A DNA stretch of 40,541 nucleotides from positions 1-40,541 of IMG/VR virus record IMGVR_UViG_3300028588_000805. One strand, 5' to 3'. This stretch comes from a virus (taxonomy: Duplodnaviria; Caudoviricetes). A program made the position numbers and the translations under genes. Shown one piece after another: positions 9,232 through 17,968 of this stretch. Position 1 is the stretch's first letter. Every line of letters begins with the position of its first letter. The notes beneath the pieces were generated by a model, which made no database searches, was not told where the DNA came from, and worked only from the letters and a program-made list of their open reading frames with translations.

Positions 9232-10667
9232 TTGGCGCGGGGCTTCGGCGTGGGGGTGTTGACTTCTTTGGCAGCCAAGCCAACCAGCGCGCGGATTTCT
9301 TCGCTCGTCATTTCGTTGAGCACTTTCGTGGCCACGAGCGGACTCAAACCGTTGAGGGATTTCAGCGTCTTTTCCGCCTCGCCTTCCTGCGGCTTTTCGG
9401 TGGGGGCTAGGTTGCGAATAGCGCGCAGCTCGTCAGGCGTCATCACGGCCGCTACCGCTGGGTCGATGTAGTCCACCGGGTCGAGCGGCGTCACCGTGAA
9501 GTCGAGGTGCGGAAAGAGCTGGCGCAGCGGCCCCACGCACAGTTCACGCGCTGGATTCACCACCAGCCCGAAGAGCTGAATGCTGTTCACAATCTGCTGA
9601 TTGCTGCCCAGCAGGCCCGGCTCACTCACACCGCAGAGCACCGGCGGCACACCGAAGCGGCGGTACACGCGGCCTTCCAGGCGCGCCGTGGCGTCGGTGA
9701 GGTTTTTGGAGTTGGGGCCCTGGTCGAAGAACTTGAGGTCGGGTAGCTCGTCCTTTCCTTCGACGGCCAGCAGGAAAATATTTGTGTCGCTATTGCTGCC
9801 TTTCAGGGCCTTGACGTTCTTCTTGAGGTCGGTCAGGTCGGGCGATTCGATGTAGGGGCGGTCATCTTCCGTTTGCCCGGCGCCCGGTGTCCAGCTTTCG
9901 ACCGCCACCTCATCGACGAAGCGCTTGCCCACCACACTCAGCATGGCATCCGGAAAGAAGCCGCTGCGGAACTGCTTGAGGTCGTAGCGCGGCGCCTCGG
10001 CATCGGCTTCAACGGCTTCCTTAGCTGACCACCAGGCGGGCACTGGGGTGCGCCCGCGGCCTACCTTCTTGGTGAAGCTCCACCACAGATGACCCCAGTA
10101 GCCAGTTTCCGAGCCCACGGCTTCGAGCACCTCCTCAGCTAGCTCCTGCGCGTTGGCCTGGGTGTCGTAGGGTAGGTAAATTTCGTTTTCGGCCGCCGGC
10201 ATCTTGCCGGTAGCCAGTTTCGGGTTGAGGACAAAGCGGCCGCCTTTGGTCGGGTCCTCGCGGCGCAGGCAGTCCACGGCGGCCACGTACACCTCGCCTG
10301 GCTCACCGCCGTAGGTGTGGCGCACGATGTAGGCCACGCCCAGCCCGATACTCACGTAAGCGCCGGCCTCGGCCAGCAGCTCATTAAAAGTCTGTCCAGG
10401 GTTGGCCAGGGTGCTACCCGTGATTTCCGACGTGAAGCCCTTGCCTACCACGAACTGCTCGATGCGCTCGGCGCAGGTGGTGGCCGTGCCCGAGTCGTAG
10501 AGGATGCGCAGCACCTCCTGCGGGAAGTTGTTGCCCTGGCCCCAGTTCTCTATTTTAATAAGGCCGCCACCCTTGCCCTCGCCCGGCACGATGTCGGCCG
10601 TGCCAGCGGCCTGCGGGCTGCTGAAGAGCGCGCTGGTAAAAGAAGTGCGGCGGCGAGCGGTGGCCAT
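9228..10667 (-). CDS. Portal protein
   Basis: WGQGNNFPQ, SGFFPD, FGVPPVLCG and MTPDELR motifs typical of portals. Confidence 0.8.
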   Translation of the reverse strand: MATARRRTSFTSALFSSPQAAGTADIVPGEGKGGGLIKIENWGQGNNFPQEVLRILYDSGTATTCAERIEQFVVGKGFTSEITGSTLANPGQTFNELLAEAGAYVSIGLGVAYIVRHTYGGEPGEVYVAAVDCLRREDPTKGGRFVLNPKLATGKMPAAENEIYLPYDTQANAQELAEEVLEAVGSETGYWGHLWWSFTKKVGRGRTPVPAWWSAKEAVEADAEAPRYDLKQFRSGFFPDAMLSVVGKRFVDEVAVESWTPGAGQTEDDRPYIESPDLTDLKKNVKALKGSNSDTNIFLLAVEGKDELPDLKFFDQGPNSKNLTDATARLEGRVYRRFGVPPVLCGVSEPGLLGSNQQIVNSIQLFGLVVNPARELCVGPLRQLFPHLDFTVTPLDPVDYIDPAVAAVMTPDELRAIRNLAPTEKPQEGEAEKTLKSLNGLSPLVATKVLNEMTSEEIRALVGLAAKEVNTPTPKPRAK

Positions 10668-10685
10668 GGCGTGCGTGAGGGTAAT

Positions 10686-10720
10686 AAAAAGCCCGCCCTG
10701 CGTGTGCGAGCGGGCTTTTT
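10686..10720. terminator. Bidirectional intrinsic terminator upstream of portal
   Basis: AAAAA-GCCCGC-loop-GCGGGC-TTTTT. Confidence 0.75.
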
Positions 10721-10746
10721 AGGCAGAAAAAAGGTGAGCGGGTGGC

Positions 10747-11409
10747 TTAGGCTTGCGCCTCGGGCGCAGCGGCCGGCTGGCGCAGCTGCTCAATGGTGGC
10801 CTGGGCCTCGGTGAGCGCCTGCTCGACATCGCCTAGCTTGCTGGCCACTGCGGTTAGCTCTTTTTTGGTGGCGGCGTGGCCCTCCTTTTCGGCCTTGAGG
10901 GCCTCCTTGGTAGTTTTGTGGGCCGTTTTCTCGGCTGTCAGGTCAGTTTTTGCCTTGGTTTCGGCGGTGCTGGGCTTGGCATCAGCCTCGGACTTGCTAC
11001 CCTCGCCTTCCGCGCTGGCCTTCTCACCCGACTTGAGCACAAACGCGTGCTTGAAGCCGTGCTTAATCAGGAACCCGGCCGCCTGGTCCGTCAGGTTCTC
11101 GGCGGTGATGGCTTCGGAGAGACCTTCGTGCACGAAGGTTTCGTTTTCGAGGCCGGGGGCGATGCTGTACTTAGAGTCAGCCATGGTTTCAGGGTGTAAA
11201 AAGCGCGTAGCCGCGCGGATGTACTTGTTAAGAATGCCCAGGTAGTCGATGTACTGGCACTGGCGGCAGCCGCCGTTGGCTTCGCCCGTGATGTCGGCTA
11301 CTAACTGGCTGATTTCGCTCAGGCCATCCGGGCGGCGGCGCTGGTCGAGTGACTGCCCGACGTAGGCGGTAGCCCGGTCGAGCAGCTCCTGGGTGTAGCG
11401 GGTAGGCAT
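10747..11409 (-). CDS. Hypothetical virion-operon protein (CxxC, C-terminal coiled coil)
   Basis: GGCRQC motif; Lys/Ala/Glu-rich tail. Confidence 0.6.
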   Translation of the reverse strand: MPTRYTQELLDRATAYVGQSLDQRRRPDGLSEISQLVADITGEANGGCRQCQYIDYLGILNKYIRAATRFLHPETMADSKYSIAPGLENETFVHEGLSEAITAENLTDQAAGFLIKHGFKHAFVLKSGEKASAEGEGSKSEADAKPSTAETKAKTDLTAEKTAHKTTKEALKAEKEGHAATKKELTAVASKLGDVEQALTEAQATIEQLRQPAAAPEAQA

Positions 11410-11416
11410 GGCTGCG

Positions 11417-12007
11417 CTAGGCCTTGGTCAGCGCGTCGAGGTAAGCGGCCGAGCTTTCGAGCTGCGACAGCACGCCCGAAATCGGGGCTTCGAAGTACAT
11501 CGGAAACTTGTCCTCCTTGCCGACCAGCGTGCACTTCATCACTTCCGACTCGTCGGCCAGCAGCACGCCCGTGGTTTCCTCAGCCGTCATGGTTTCGTTG
11601 CCGAAGCGCTTGAAGAAAACGCGGATTTTGCCGTTGTTGAGTTCCTGAAATACGATTTTGGCGTCAGCCTTCAGGAAGGCCTCCAGGTCTTCGAGTTGCT
11701 TTTGGTTGGCGAAGGTGTACTCCTGAATGAGCGTCTGCTCTACCTCCGTGCTGCCGTTCTCGGCCTGGGTGCCCTTGCTGGCGCCGCTGCCTTTTTTCGG
11801 GCGGCCCTTGCCGCGAATACCGAGCTCGTCGGTCTCCAGGGCAAAGCCGGATAGCGCTCCGCTGTCGGTGTTCTTGGTTTCGGCGCCGGTGAACTGGTCG
11901 AGCTGAAAAACCCAGCTACGGCGGTTGGTGCCGCCTGAGGTCGGGCACTTGCGCGAGCTCAGGCCGTTGGCCAGGCGGTTGCAAATAGTGGTCGTAGGCG
12001 CTAGCAT
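11417..12007 (-). CDS. Putative major tail tube protein
   Basis: 196 aa after capsid; C...CPTSGG N-terminus; beta-rich. Confidence 0.55.
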   Translation of the reverse strand: MLAPTTTICNRLANGLSSRKCPTSGGTNRRSWVFQLDQFTGAETKNTDSGALSGFALETDELGIRGKGRPKKGSGASKGTQAENGSTEVEQTLIQEYTFANQKQLEDLEAFLKADAKIVFQELNNGKIRVFFKRFGNETMTAEETTGVLLADESEVMKCTLVGKEDKFPMYFEAPISGVLSQLESSAAYLDALTKA

Positions 12008-12074
12008 AGCTAATTTCTCCTTTTAAGAATGGCCCCTGGCGCGAGGCCGGGGGCGGGTTACACAAGTGGATAGA

Positions 12075-13172
12075 TTAGGCAGGCGTAGTGCCGATGGCGA
12101 ACGAAATCAGGATATCGTAAGCGAAGCCCGAGCCCAGGCGGAAGAGCACGCGCCACCAGTTGATGCGCTCACGGGCTTCGTACTTGAACTCGGCCGTGGT
12201 CACGTCGCTCACTAGGTCAGTGGCCCAGATGAGATTTTTAGGAGCGGTGTACAGGGCCAGGTGGGGCGAGGCCGTGGGGAAGTCCAGTTTCATGTACTGC
12301 TCCCAGATTTTCAACTCCTGAATCTTGATGCCGTCGTAGAAGTAGGTGCGGGTGGCCTTCTCGTACTCCAGTTTTTTGGAGTCCTCGCCATCGCCGGGGG
12401 CGTAGGCAAACTTGAGCAGGCGGTACAGGCTCTTGGTCAGGTAAATGACCTTTTGCGCGTCGTCGATATCCTGCAACTCATCCGAGCAGTTGGCCACCAG
12501 GTCTTCGAGCACGTCGAAGATTTTCTTAGGGGTAGCCTTCAGGGCCGCGTAGTCAATGGCGGTGCCCCGGTAGGCACCAGTAGCGCCCTGCTGGCCGGCT
12601 ACCGGCGCGGCCGCCAGCAGCTTTTTGCGCAAGCCGTTGGCCGAGTTGTAGTTTTTGTCGGCGCTGGTTTTGTCGCCCAGCATCCAGATGCGCAGCGCAT
12701 CGCCGTATACCACCGGGTTTACCTGGTCGTTGAGCGCGATGTCGAGCAGGTTGGCGAACTCGGGCTGGTTGCCGACCGGCACCTTAACGATGCCGCCTTC
12801 GGCGTAGGCCTTCACCAGCGTTTCGATTTCGGTACCTGTCAGGTCCGAGTCCGTAGCGTGGCCGGCCTTGAGCATGCCCTGCATGATGGTGCCGATGAAC
12901 GTTTCGGCGCAGTCCTGGTCGGACGCTACCAGCGGGTCAACGCTGATGGAGTTGGTCACGAACTTGGCCAGGGCTCCCGTTTTCTGGAACTCGCCGCAGC
13001 CCGTGTCGGCCACGGTCACCTTGTTCTTGGCCAGCAAGCCTTGCAGCAGCACGCTGGTTTTAATATTTTCCACCACGCGGATACCGAGCTCTTCGATGGT
13101 AGGCACCGAGGCGGCCGGCATGGTCACAATGGCGACGGGCGGGCGGTAGGCGGGAATGTTCTCAAAAAACAT
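12075..13172 (-). CDS. Major capsid protein
   Basis: 365 aa downstream of the protease; ANGLRKKL and YTAPKNLIWATD motifs. Confidence 0.8.
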   Translation of the reverse strand: MFFENIPAYRPPVAIVTMPAASVPTIEELGIRVVENIKTSVLLQGLLAKNKVTVADTGCGEFQKTGALAKFVTNSISVDPLVASDQDCAETFIGTIMQGMLKAGHATDSDLTGTEIETLVKAYAEGGIVKVPVGNQPEFANLLDIALNDQVNPVVYGDALRIWMLGDKTSADKNYNSANGLRKKLLAAAPVAGQQGATGAYRGTAIDYAALKATPKKIFDVLEDLVANCSDELQDIDDAQKVIYLTKSLYRLLKFAYAPGDGEDSKKLEYEKATRTYFYDGIKIQELKIWEQYMKLDFPTASPHLALYTAPKNLIWATDLVSDVTTAEFKYEARERINWWRVLFRLGSGFAYDILISFAIGTTPA

Positions 13173-13217
13173 AACAGATTGAAGCTAAAGGCGATATGGT
13201 GACAGGGTGGCGCGGGC

Positions 13218-14498
13218 TTAGAGGCCGGCGTGGTGGGCAGCCTTTGCCTTGGGCTTGGGCGCTTTCGGGTCGATGGTTTGCACTGCACCACGGGCGCGGG
13301 GCGTGGGCGGCACCGTCTTGCTGAACTTGGTTTCGAGGTCGGCAATGGTTTTGGCCTGCGTCTCGATGAGCTTGCGTAGCGAGGCGACGGCTGGCGTCTC
13401 GCCAGCAGTTTCGTCATCGCCCTCTGCCTCGGGGGTATCGGCAATCGACTCTACCACGCCGCCGGCTACCGCGATGTCGCGGCCATCGGCTGTGCCGTAG
13501 GTGCCATCCTCAGCCGCAGCCGTCAAGGCTTCGTCGGTGAAAACTTCCGAGCCCTCGGCCAGCGCACCATCGGTGTAGAAGAAGGCGCCGTTGTCAAGCT
13601 CGGTGCTTTCGACTACCGCTTCGGGGTCGCTGTCAGCGCCCTCAACTTCGGCTTTCACGCCCAGTGACTTGGCCAGGGCAGCCACGGCATTAGCATTAGC
13701 CTTTTGCTGAGCGGTCAACGCAGCAGGGCGGGCAGCAGCTTTGCGGGCAGCAGCCGTAATGGGAATTACTTTCTTAGCCATAGGGCGAGGGGTTGGGGCG
13801 GGCTTAGCCGCTGATTTAGCTTTGGGTTTGGCGCTGGCCACGGGCTTGCGGGCCGTGCGCACGGCGTATTTGTCGGCGCGGGCCACGGCCAGGCGCACGG
13901 CTTTGAGACGAGCCTGCACGGCAGCGGCAGCAGGTGCCTTGCCCTTGAGCGGGTTCACTTTCGTCGCAAAGCCGAAGGCCAGCGCCTCCGTGGCACTCAT
14001 GAAGCGGTCTACCGCAATGAGGGCGCGTACCTCTTCCTCCGATTTGCCGGTGCAGGCTACGTAGAGGTCAACCATGCCCTGCTCTTCGCGGTCGAGACGG
14101 TCAGCATCGGCCCGGATATCCTCCGAGCGCTGCGACTGGCTGCCCTCCGAAAACAGGGGGCGGTGCACCATCCATTGCGCCGTATGCTCCAGCTCGATTT
14201 CATCGGCGGCCAGGGCTACGATGGTGCCCGAGCTAGCCGTGACGCTCATCACGTGCGCCCGCACCGGAATATCCAGGCTGCGCAGGTAGTTGTGAATGTC
14301 CATCGCGTGGCGGGTCGAGCCGCCGTAGCAGATGCCGAATTGCAATAGGATGCTATCGACGAGTACGCCATCGTATTCGGCGTATTGCAGCCGCATCTTG
14401 ATGTCATCGACCGTGAAGCCGGGCACGTATTCGAGCTGGTCCCAATCGACATAGCCGGGGCCAATGTATTCTCCGACGGTGATGGCGAGCTCTGGCAT
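13218..14498 (-). CDS. ClpP-like prohead protease with C-terminal scaffold region
   Basis: TASSGTIV (Ser), WMVHRP (His), FMSATEALAFGF; start likely MPELAI at 14498 (alternative 14513). Confidence 0.85.
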   Translation of the reverse strand: MPELAITVGEYIGPGYVDWDQLEYVPGFTVDDIKMRLQYAEYDGVLVDSILLQFGICYGGSTRHAMDIHNYLRSLDIPVRAHVMSVTASSGTIVALAADEIELEHTAQWMVHRPLFSEGSQSQRSEDIRADADRLDREEQGMVDLYVACTGKSEEEVRALIAVDRFMSATEALAFGFATKVNPLKGKAPAAAAVQARLKAVRLAVARADKYAVRTARKPVASAKPKAKSAAKPAPTPRPMAKKVIPITAAARKAAARPAALTAQQKANANAVAALAKSLGVKAEVEGADSDPEAVVESTELDNGAFFYTDGALAEGSEVFTDEALTAAAEDGTYGTADGRDIAVAGGVVESIADTPEAEGDDETAGETPAVASLRKLIETQAKTIADLETKFSKTVPPTPRARGAVQTIDPKAPKPKAKAAHHAGL

Positions 14499-14528
14499 TG
14501 TTGCGAGCGCCATTTGGGCGCTGTGCAA

Positions 14529-14608
14529 CAAAGGTTTTAGCTCGGCTTGGGGGCTGGCAAATAGTGCTCGAACTTCACGAGCAGAACGCGAGCAAAGTGC
14601 GAGCACTT
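14529..14608. promoter_or_regulatory. Divergent control region: minus-strand TTTG-N21-AACCTTTG promoter-like element and CGAGCA operator array
   Basis: CGAGCA at 14578, 14589 and 14600, inverted TGCTCG at 14565; CAAAGGTT at 14529 and CAAA at 14558. Confidence 0.55.
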
Positions 14609-14615
14609 ATTTTTT

Positions 14616-14786
14616 ATGGTCGTAAATCCCAAGCCCAGCATCGTTAAAAAGCTCAAGCAGATGGCAGCCGACGAGGGCATCACCTTGAACGCGATGATTA
14701 CCCCGTTCCTCAACGACATCGCGGCCGGGCGTCTGGTGCGGGTGGCCCACTACCCACCGCCGGCGCAACAGCACAAGGCGGCGTAA
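14616..14786 (+). CDS. Small ribbon-helix-helix (Arc/CopG-like) DNA-binding protein, 56 aa, absent from the ORF track
   Basis: MVVNPKPSIVKKLKQMAADEGITLNAMITPFLNDIAAG fits the beta-helix-G.(S/T)-helix RHH pattern. Confidence 0.7.
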   Translation: MVVNPKPSIVKKLKQMAADEGITLNAMITPFLNDIAAGRLVRVAHYPPPAQQHKAA

Positions 14787-14794
14787 AACAAGTA

Positions 14795-17584
14795 TTAACC
14801 ATTGCTGATGCGCTGCGTCTCAGCATTACGCGCTAGCCCAGCTTCCACGTCCTGAATAGTGGCCCGCACCTTGACCTGGCTCATGGCGCGGGCCAATTGC
14901 TTGTAGTCCATGCCCTGGCTCACATTGCCCCGCAGCTGGTCAAGGATGAGCGGCTGCGCCACGCCGCCCAGCGCCATGCGGGGCACAGCCAGGTTCGGGG
15001 CCAGGGCTCGCCCGCCGGCCAACTGGTTGACGGTGCTGGCCAACGAGAGCAGTAGCGGGTTTTGGCTTACGCCTTTGGTCAGTACCGGCTCGCCGCCTTC
15101 AATCTCAATACCAGTGTGGCGCCCCCCACGATAGAGCGGAATGCCGCCCTGCGCGTGACTCGGCCCGTAGGCGATGCCGCCCTGCTCCAGCTTCAGGATG
15201 GCCGCCGCGCCCGCTGCCGCCGCCGAGATAGAAAGAATATCCTTGGCCACGGTGTAGGCCGTGCCCAGGATGGGGCCGGCGGGCGGCGGTACAAAGGCGG
15301 CAATTTGTGCGCCGGCCAATTTATTGGCAGCCAACTCCTTTTGCAGGTTCAGCGCAATCTCAGCCAGGCCCAGCACCTTTTTGATAGCCAGTGCCGCTTG
15401 CCCGGCGGCCGACTCTTCACCGAACAGGTTGATAATCGTATCGGTGTGCGCAATAGCCGCTTGCAGGGTGGCTTCCTTGATTTCCTGCTTTACCTCCTCC
15501 TGGCGCTTGGTTTCGGCCGCCACCCGACGAGCGCCCTCCACCTCATCGGCTTGGGCTTGCTTGCGGTTATCGGCATCGCTCTGGCGGTAGTCGCCATTTA
15601 TAACCGACTGCGCATCGGTGCCGGCTTTGTTGATGGCCGCTAGCCGACGCTGGTACTCGCCTTCAAGGACCGCACCACTGGCGTAATCCTTTTCGAGTAG
15701 TGCCCGCTTGTTGTCGAGGTAGGTTTGTAGGTCGCGGGTGGCCTGGTCGTACTCCAGCTGCCGACGCTGCTGCTCGGCCTGCGCATTGATGGCGGCAATC
15801 TTGGCCGTGTTGTCGGCGTTGGCCGCCAGGCCCGCGATGGCGAGCCGGCGCTGATTCTCAATCTGGTCGGTCTGAGCTTGCAGGGCTTCGGCACTGCCTT
15901 CCTGCTGTTGCGTGAGCCGGGCGCTGGTTAGGTCCACCTCAGCTTGCAGCGCGGCCTGTAGCCGGCGGCGGTTGAAGTCGAGCGAGAGGGCGAGCGAGTC
16001 TGTTTCGTACTTGACATCAATCGCCTTTTTCTGGGCTACGGTGAGGTCCTTTACGTTTAGCTCAGCGGCCCGTGCGTTGGCCAACTTTGCCTGTAACAGC
16101 CTTAGTTCTTCGTCGGAACTGGTTTTTACCTGGGCCAGCTGCTTGTCGAGTAGCGCCTTTTCGAGCGCCAGCGCCTGGGCCCGGCCAGCGATGCTCTTAT
16201 CATAGCCCTCCTGCACCAGGCTGTTGATTTTGTTCTGGAGCTCGGTTTGCAGCGTGAGCGATTCTTGCTGCGTATCGGCCTGCTCGCGTTGCAAGTCGGC
16301 TAGGCGGTCGCGGTCTTCATTGGTCACTACCTTGCGTAGCTTCTGGCCAGCCAACTCATTGCGAATCTTGTCCTCCTGCAACTTGACCTGCGCGGCCAGT
16401 AGCCCGTTTTCAATAGCGGCCGCCTGCTTAGCGGCAGCGGTGCGCACGGCTACCGACTTGGTGCTGTCATCGCTGAGCTTTTTGAGCTCTTCGATGCGGG
16501 CGCGGCTCTGGCTGCGCTCGACGTTGAGTGCCCGCTCGGCCGCCAGGATGCGCTGGCTCTCGGCCTCAAGCGCTTCGCCGGACTTGGCGGCAGCCAGCGC
16601 CACTTTACCAAACGCTTCCAGTTTGCCGCTGGCATCGGTTACGCCGATGGTCAACTGAATCAGGCCGTCGTTGGCCTTGCGAAAGTCGCGGTCAGCCAAC
16701 GCCTGAAAGATGATGCCAATGGCCTTGACGCGGTTAAGAAGGTTTTGCTCAATAAACGCTATCAGGTCGGTAATAGCCTGCTTTGGGTTGTCGAGGGCCG
16801 CGAATAGTTGCTCGCCAAACTCGGCCGCGGTGCCGACTACGACATCGAGCACGGCTTTGAGCCCGGCAAACTTGCGGCTCACTAAGTCAATGCCGGTTTG
16901 GGATTTGGTGAGGAAGGCCACCACCGAGCCCAGCACTACCACCAGCGCGCCGAGGCCGGTGGCCAGCAGCGCCAGGCGCAGGAAGCCCAGGGCTGTGACG
17001 TTGCCGCCAATAGCTGCCTTGGCGATAACCTGCGCTTTGCTGAAGGTTTCCTGGGCCTCGGTCACCTTCGAAGTGATGCCGCCCAGCAAGCCCGATTCCT
17101 TAATAGCATCCCGGAGCGACGCCGAATAGTTGCCAACGTTGCGGCGGTTGTCGCCTACCCGTTGGCCAGCTTTGAGCAGTGCCTCATTAGTCGCCTCCAG
17201 CTGCGCCGCCAACTCGCGGCCGGCCTCGGTATTCTCGCGCTGCTCTTTGCTCAAGGCGTTATACTCAGCCGTGAGTAGCGCGCTCTGGGCTTTGAGTTGG
17301 TCCACTGAGCCCGTGGCTTTGCCAATGGCTGAGCGGTAGGCGTCGAGGTTCTTGGTTAGCGCCGTTTGCTCCTGCTGCTGGCCCTTTAGCTTGGCTTGCA
17401 GCTCAACGGTACGCTTGGCAAACTCCTCGTCGCTGACCGTACCCGCCTTGCGCTCGGCCGTGAGGGCGGCCTGCGCCTTGCGCGTAGCTTCGATGTCGAG
17501 CACCAGCTTTCGTAGCTTTTTCTCTGTGTCCTCTTCGGATAGCTGCACTCGCAGAATGACAGTATTTTCGCCTTGCCCACTCAT
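14795..17584 (-). CDS. Tape measure protein
   Basis: About 930 aa helical; RRNVGNY motif, hydrophobic stretch, C-terminal GPSHAQGGI...EIEGGE. Confidence 0.9.
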   Translation of the reverse strand: MSGQGENTVILRVQLSEEDTEKKLRKLVLDIEATRKAQAALTAERKAGTVSDEEFAKRTVELQAKLKGQQQEQTALTKNLDAYRSAIGKATGSVDQLKAQSALLTAEYNALSKEQRENTEAGRELAAQLEATNEALLKAGQRVGDNRRNVGNYSASLRDAIKESGLLGGITSKVTEAQETFSKAQVIAKAAIGGNVTALGFLRLALLATGLGALVVVLGSVVAFLTKSQTGIDLVSRKFAGLKAVLDVVVGTAAEFGEQLFAALDNPKQAITDLIAFIEQNLLNRVKAIGIIFQALADRDFRKANDGLIQLTIGVTDASGKLEAFGKVALAAAKSGEALEAESQRILAAERALNVERSQSRARIEELKKLSDDSTKSVAVRTAAAKQAAAIENGLLAAQVKLQEDKIRNELAGQKLRKVVTNEDRDRLADLQREQADTQQESLTLQTELQNKINSLVQEGYDKSIAGRAQALALEKALLDKQLAQVKTSSDEELRLLQAKLANARAAELNVKDLTVAQKKAIDVKYETDSLALSLDFNRRRLQAALQAEVDLTSARLTQQQEGSAEALQAQTDQIENQRRLAIAGLAANADNTAKIAAINAQAEQQRRQLEYDQATRDLQTYLDNKRALLEKDYASGAVLEGEYQRRLAAINKAGTDAQSVINGDYRQSDADNRKQAQADEVEGARRVAAETKRQEEVKQEIKEATLQAAIAHTDTIINLFGEESAAGQAALAIKKVLGLAEIALNLQKELAANKLAGAQIAAFVPPPAGPILGTAYTVAKDILSISAAAAGAAAILKLEQGGIAYGPSHAQGGIPLYRGGRHTGIEIEGGEPVLTKGVSQNPLLLSLASTVNQLAGGRALAPNLAVPRMALGGVAQPLILDQLRGNVSQGMDYKQLARAMSQVKVRATIQDVEAGLARNAETQRISNG

Positions 17585-17596
17585 AATAACTGAAGA

Positions 17597-17968
17597 ATGA
17601 ATCTGTTTAACTCTTTCCTTGGCAATCACCCAGGAAATAATTTGTGGTTTTTCTTGTCTACTAGCGGCGTATATATTGCCTGCGCATTGGCGCTTATGCC
17701 GTTTGTGGTAATAGCCTATGTGAAGCAGCAGTACACTAGTTTATTACGTCTTATTGCAGGGGCCATAATTGTAATGTCCGCAATCTTTTTAGTAGCATTG
17801 GTTAGCTATCATATACTTAATAAAGTACCTGACTTAGGAAATAACTGGGTGTGGAATTATTTGCTAAACTTCCTTTCGCAAATCGTAGTAGCTGGCGGTA
17901 TTTTTCTAGGGATTTTGGCTCTTGGCAAGCGCACACTAAAGCTTAGAGCTCAGCAGGCGCAAGCCTAA
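17597..17968 (+). CDS. AT-rich three-TM membrane protein (moron) antisense to the tail operon
   Basis: Sharp GC drop, opposite strand, three hydrophobic helices. Confidence 0.7.
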   Translation: MNLFNSFLGNHPGNNLWFFLSTSGVYIACALALMPFVVIAYVKQQYTSLLRLIAGAIIVMSAIFLVALVSYHILNKVPDLGNNWVWNYLLNFLSQIVVAGGIFLGILALGKRTLKLRAQQAQA

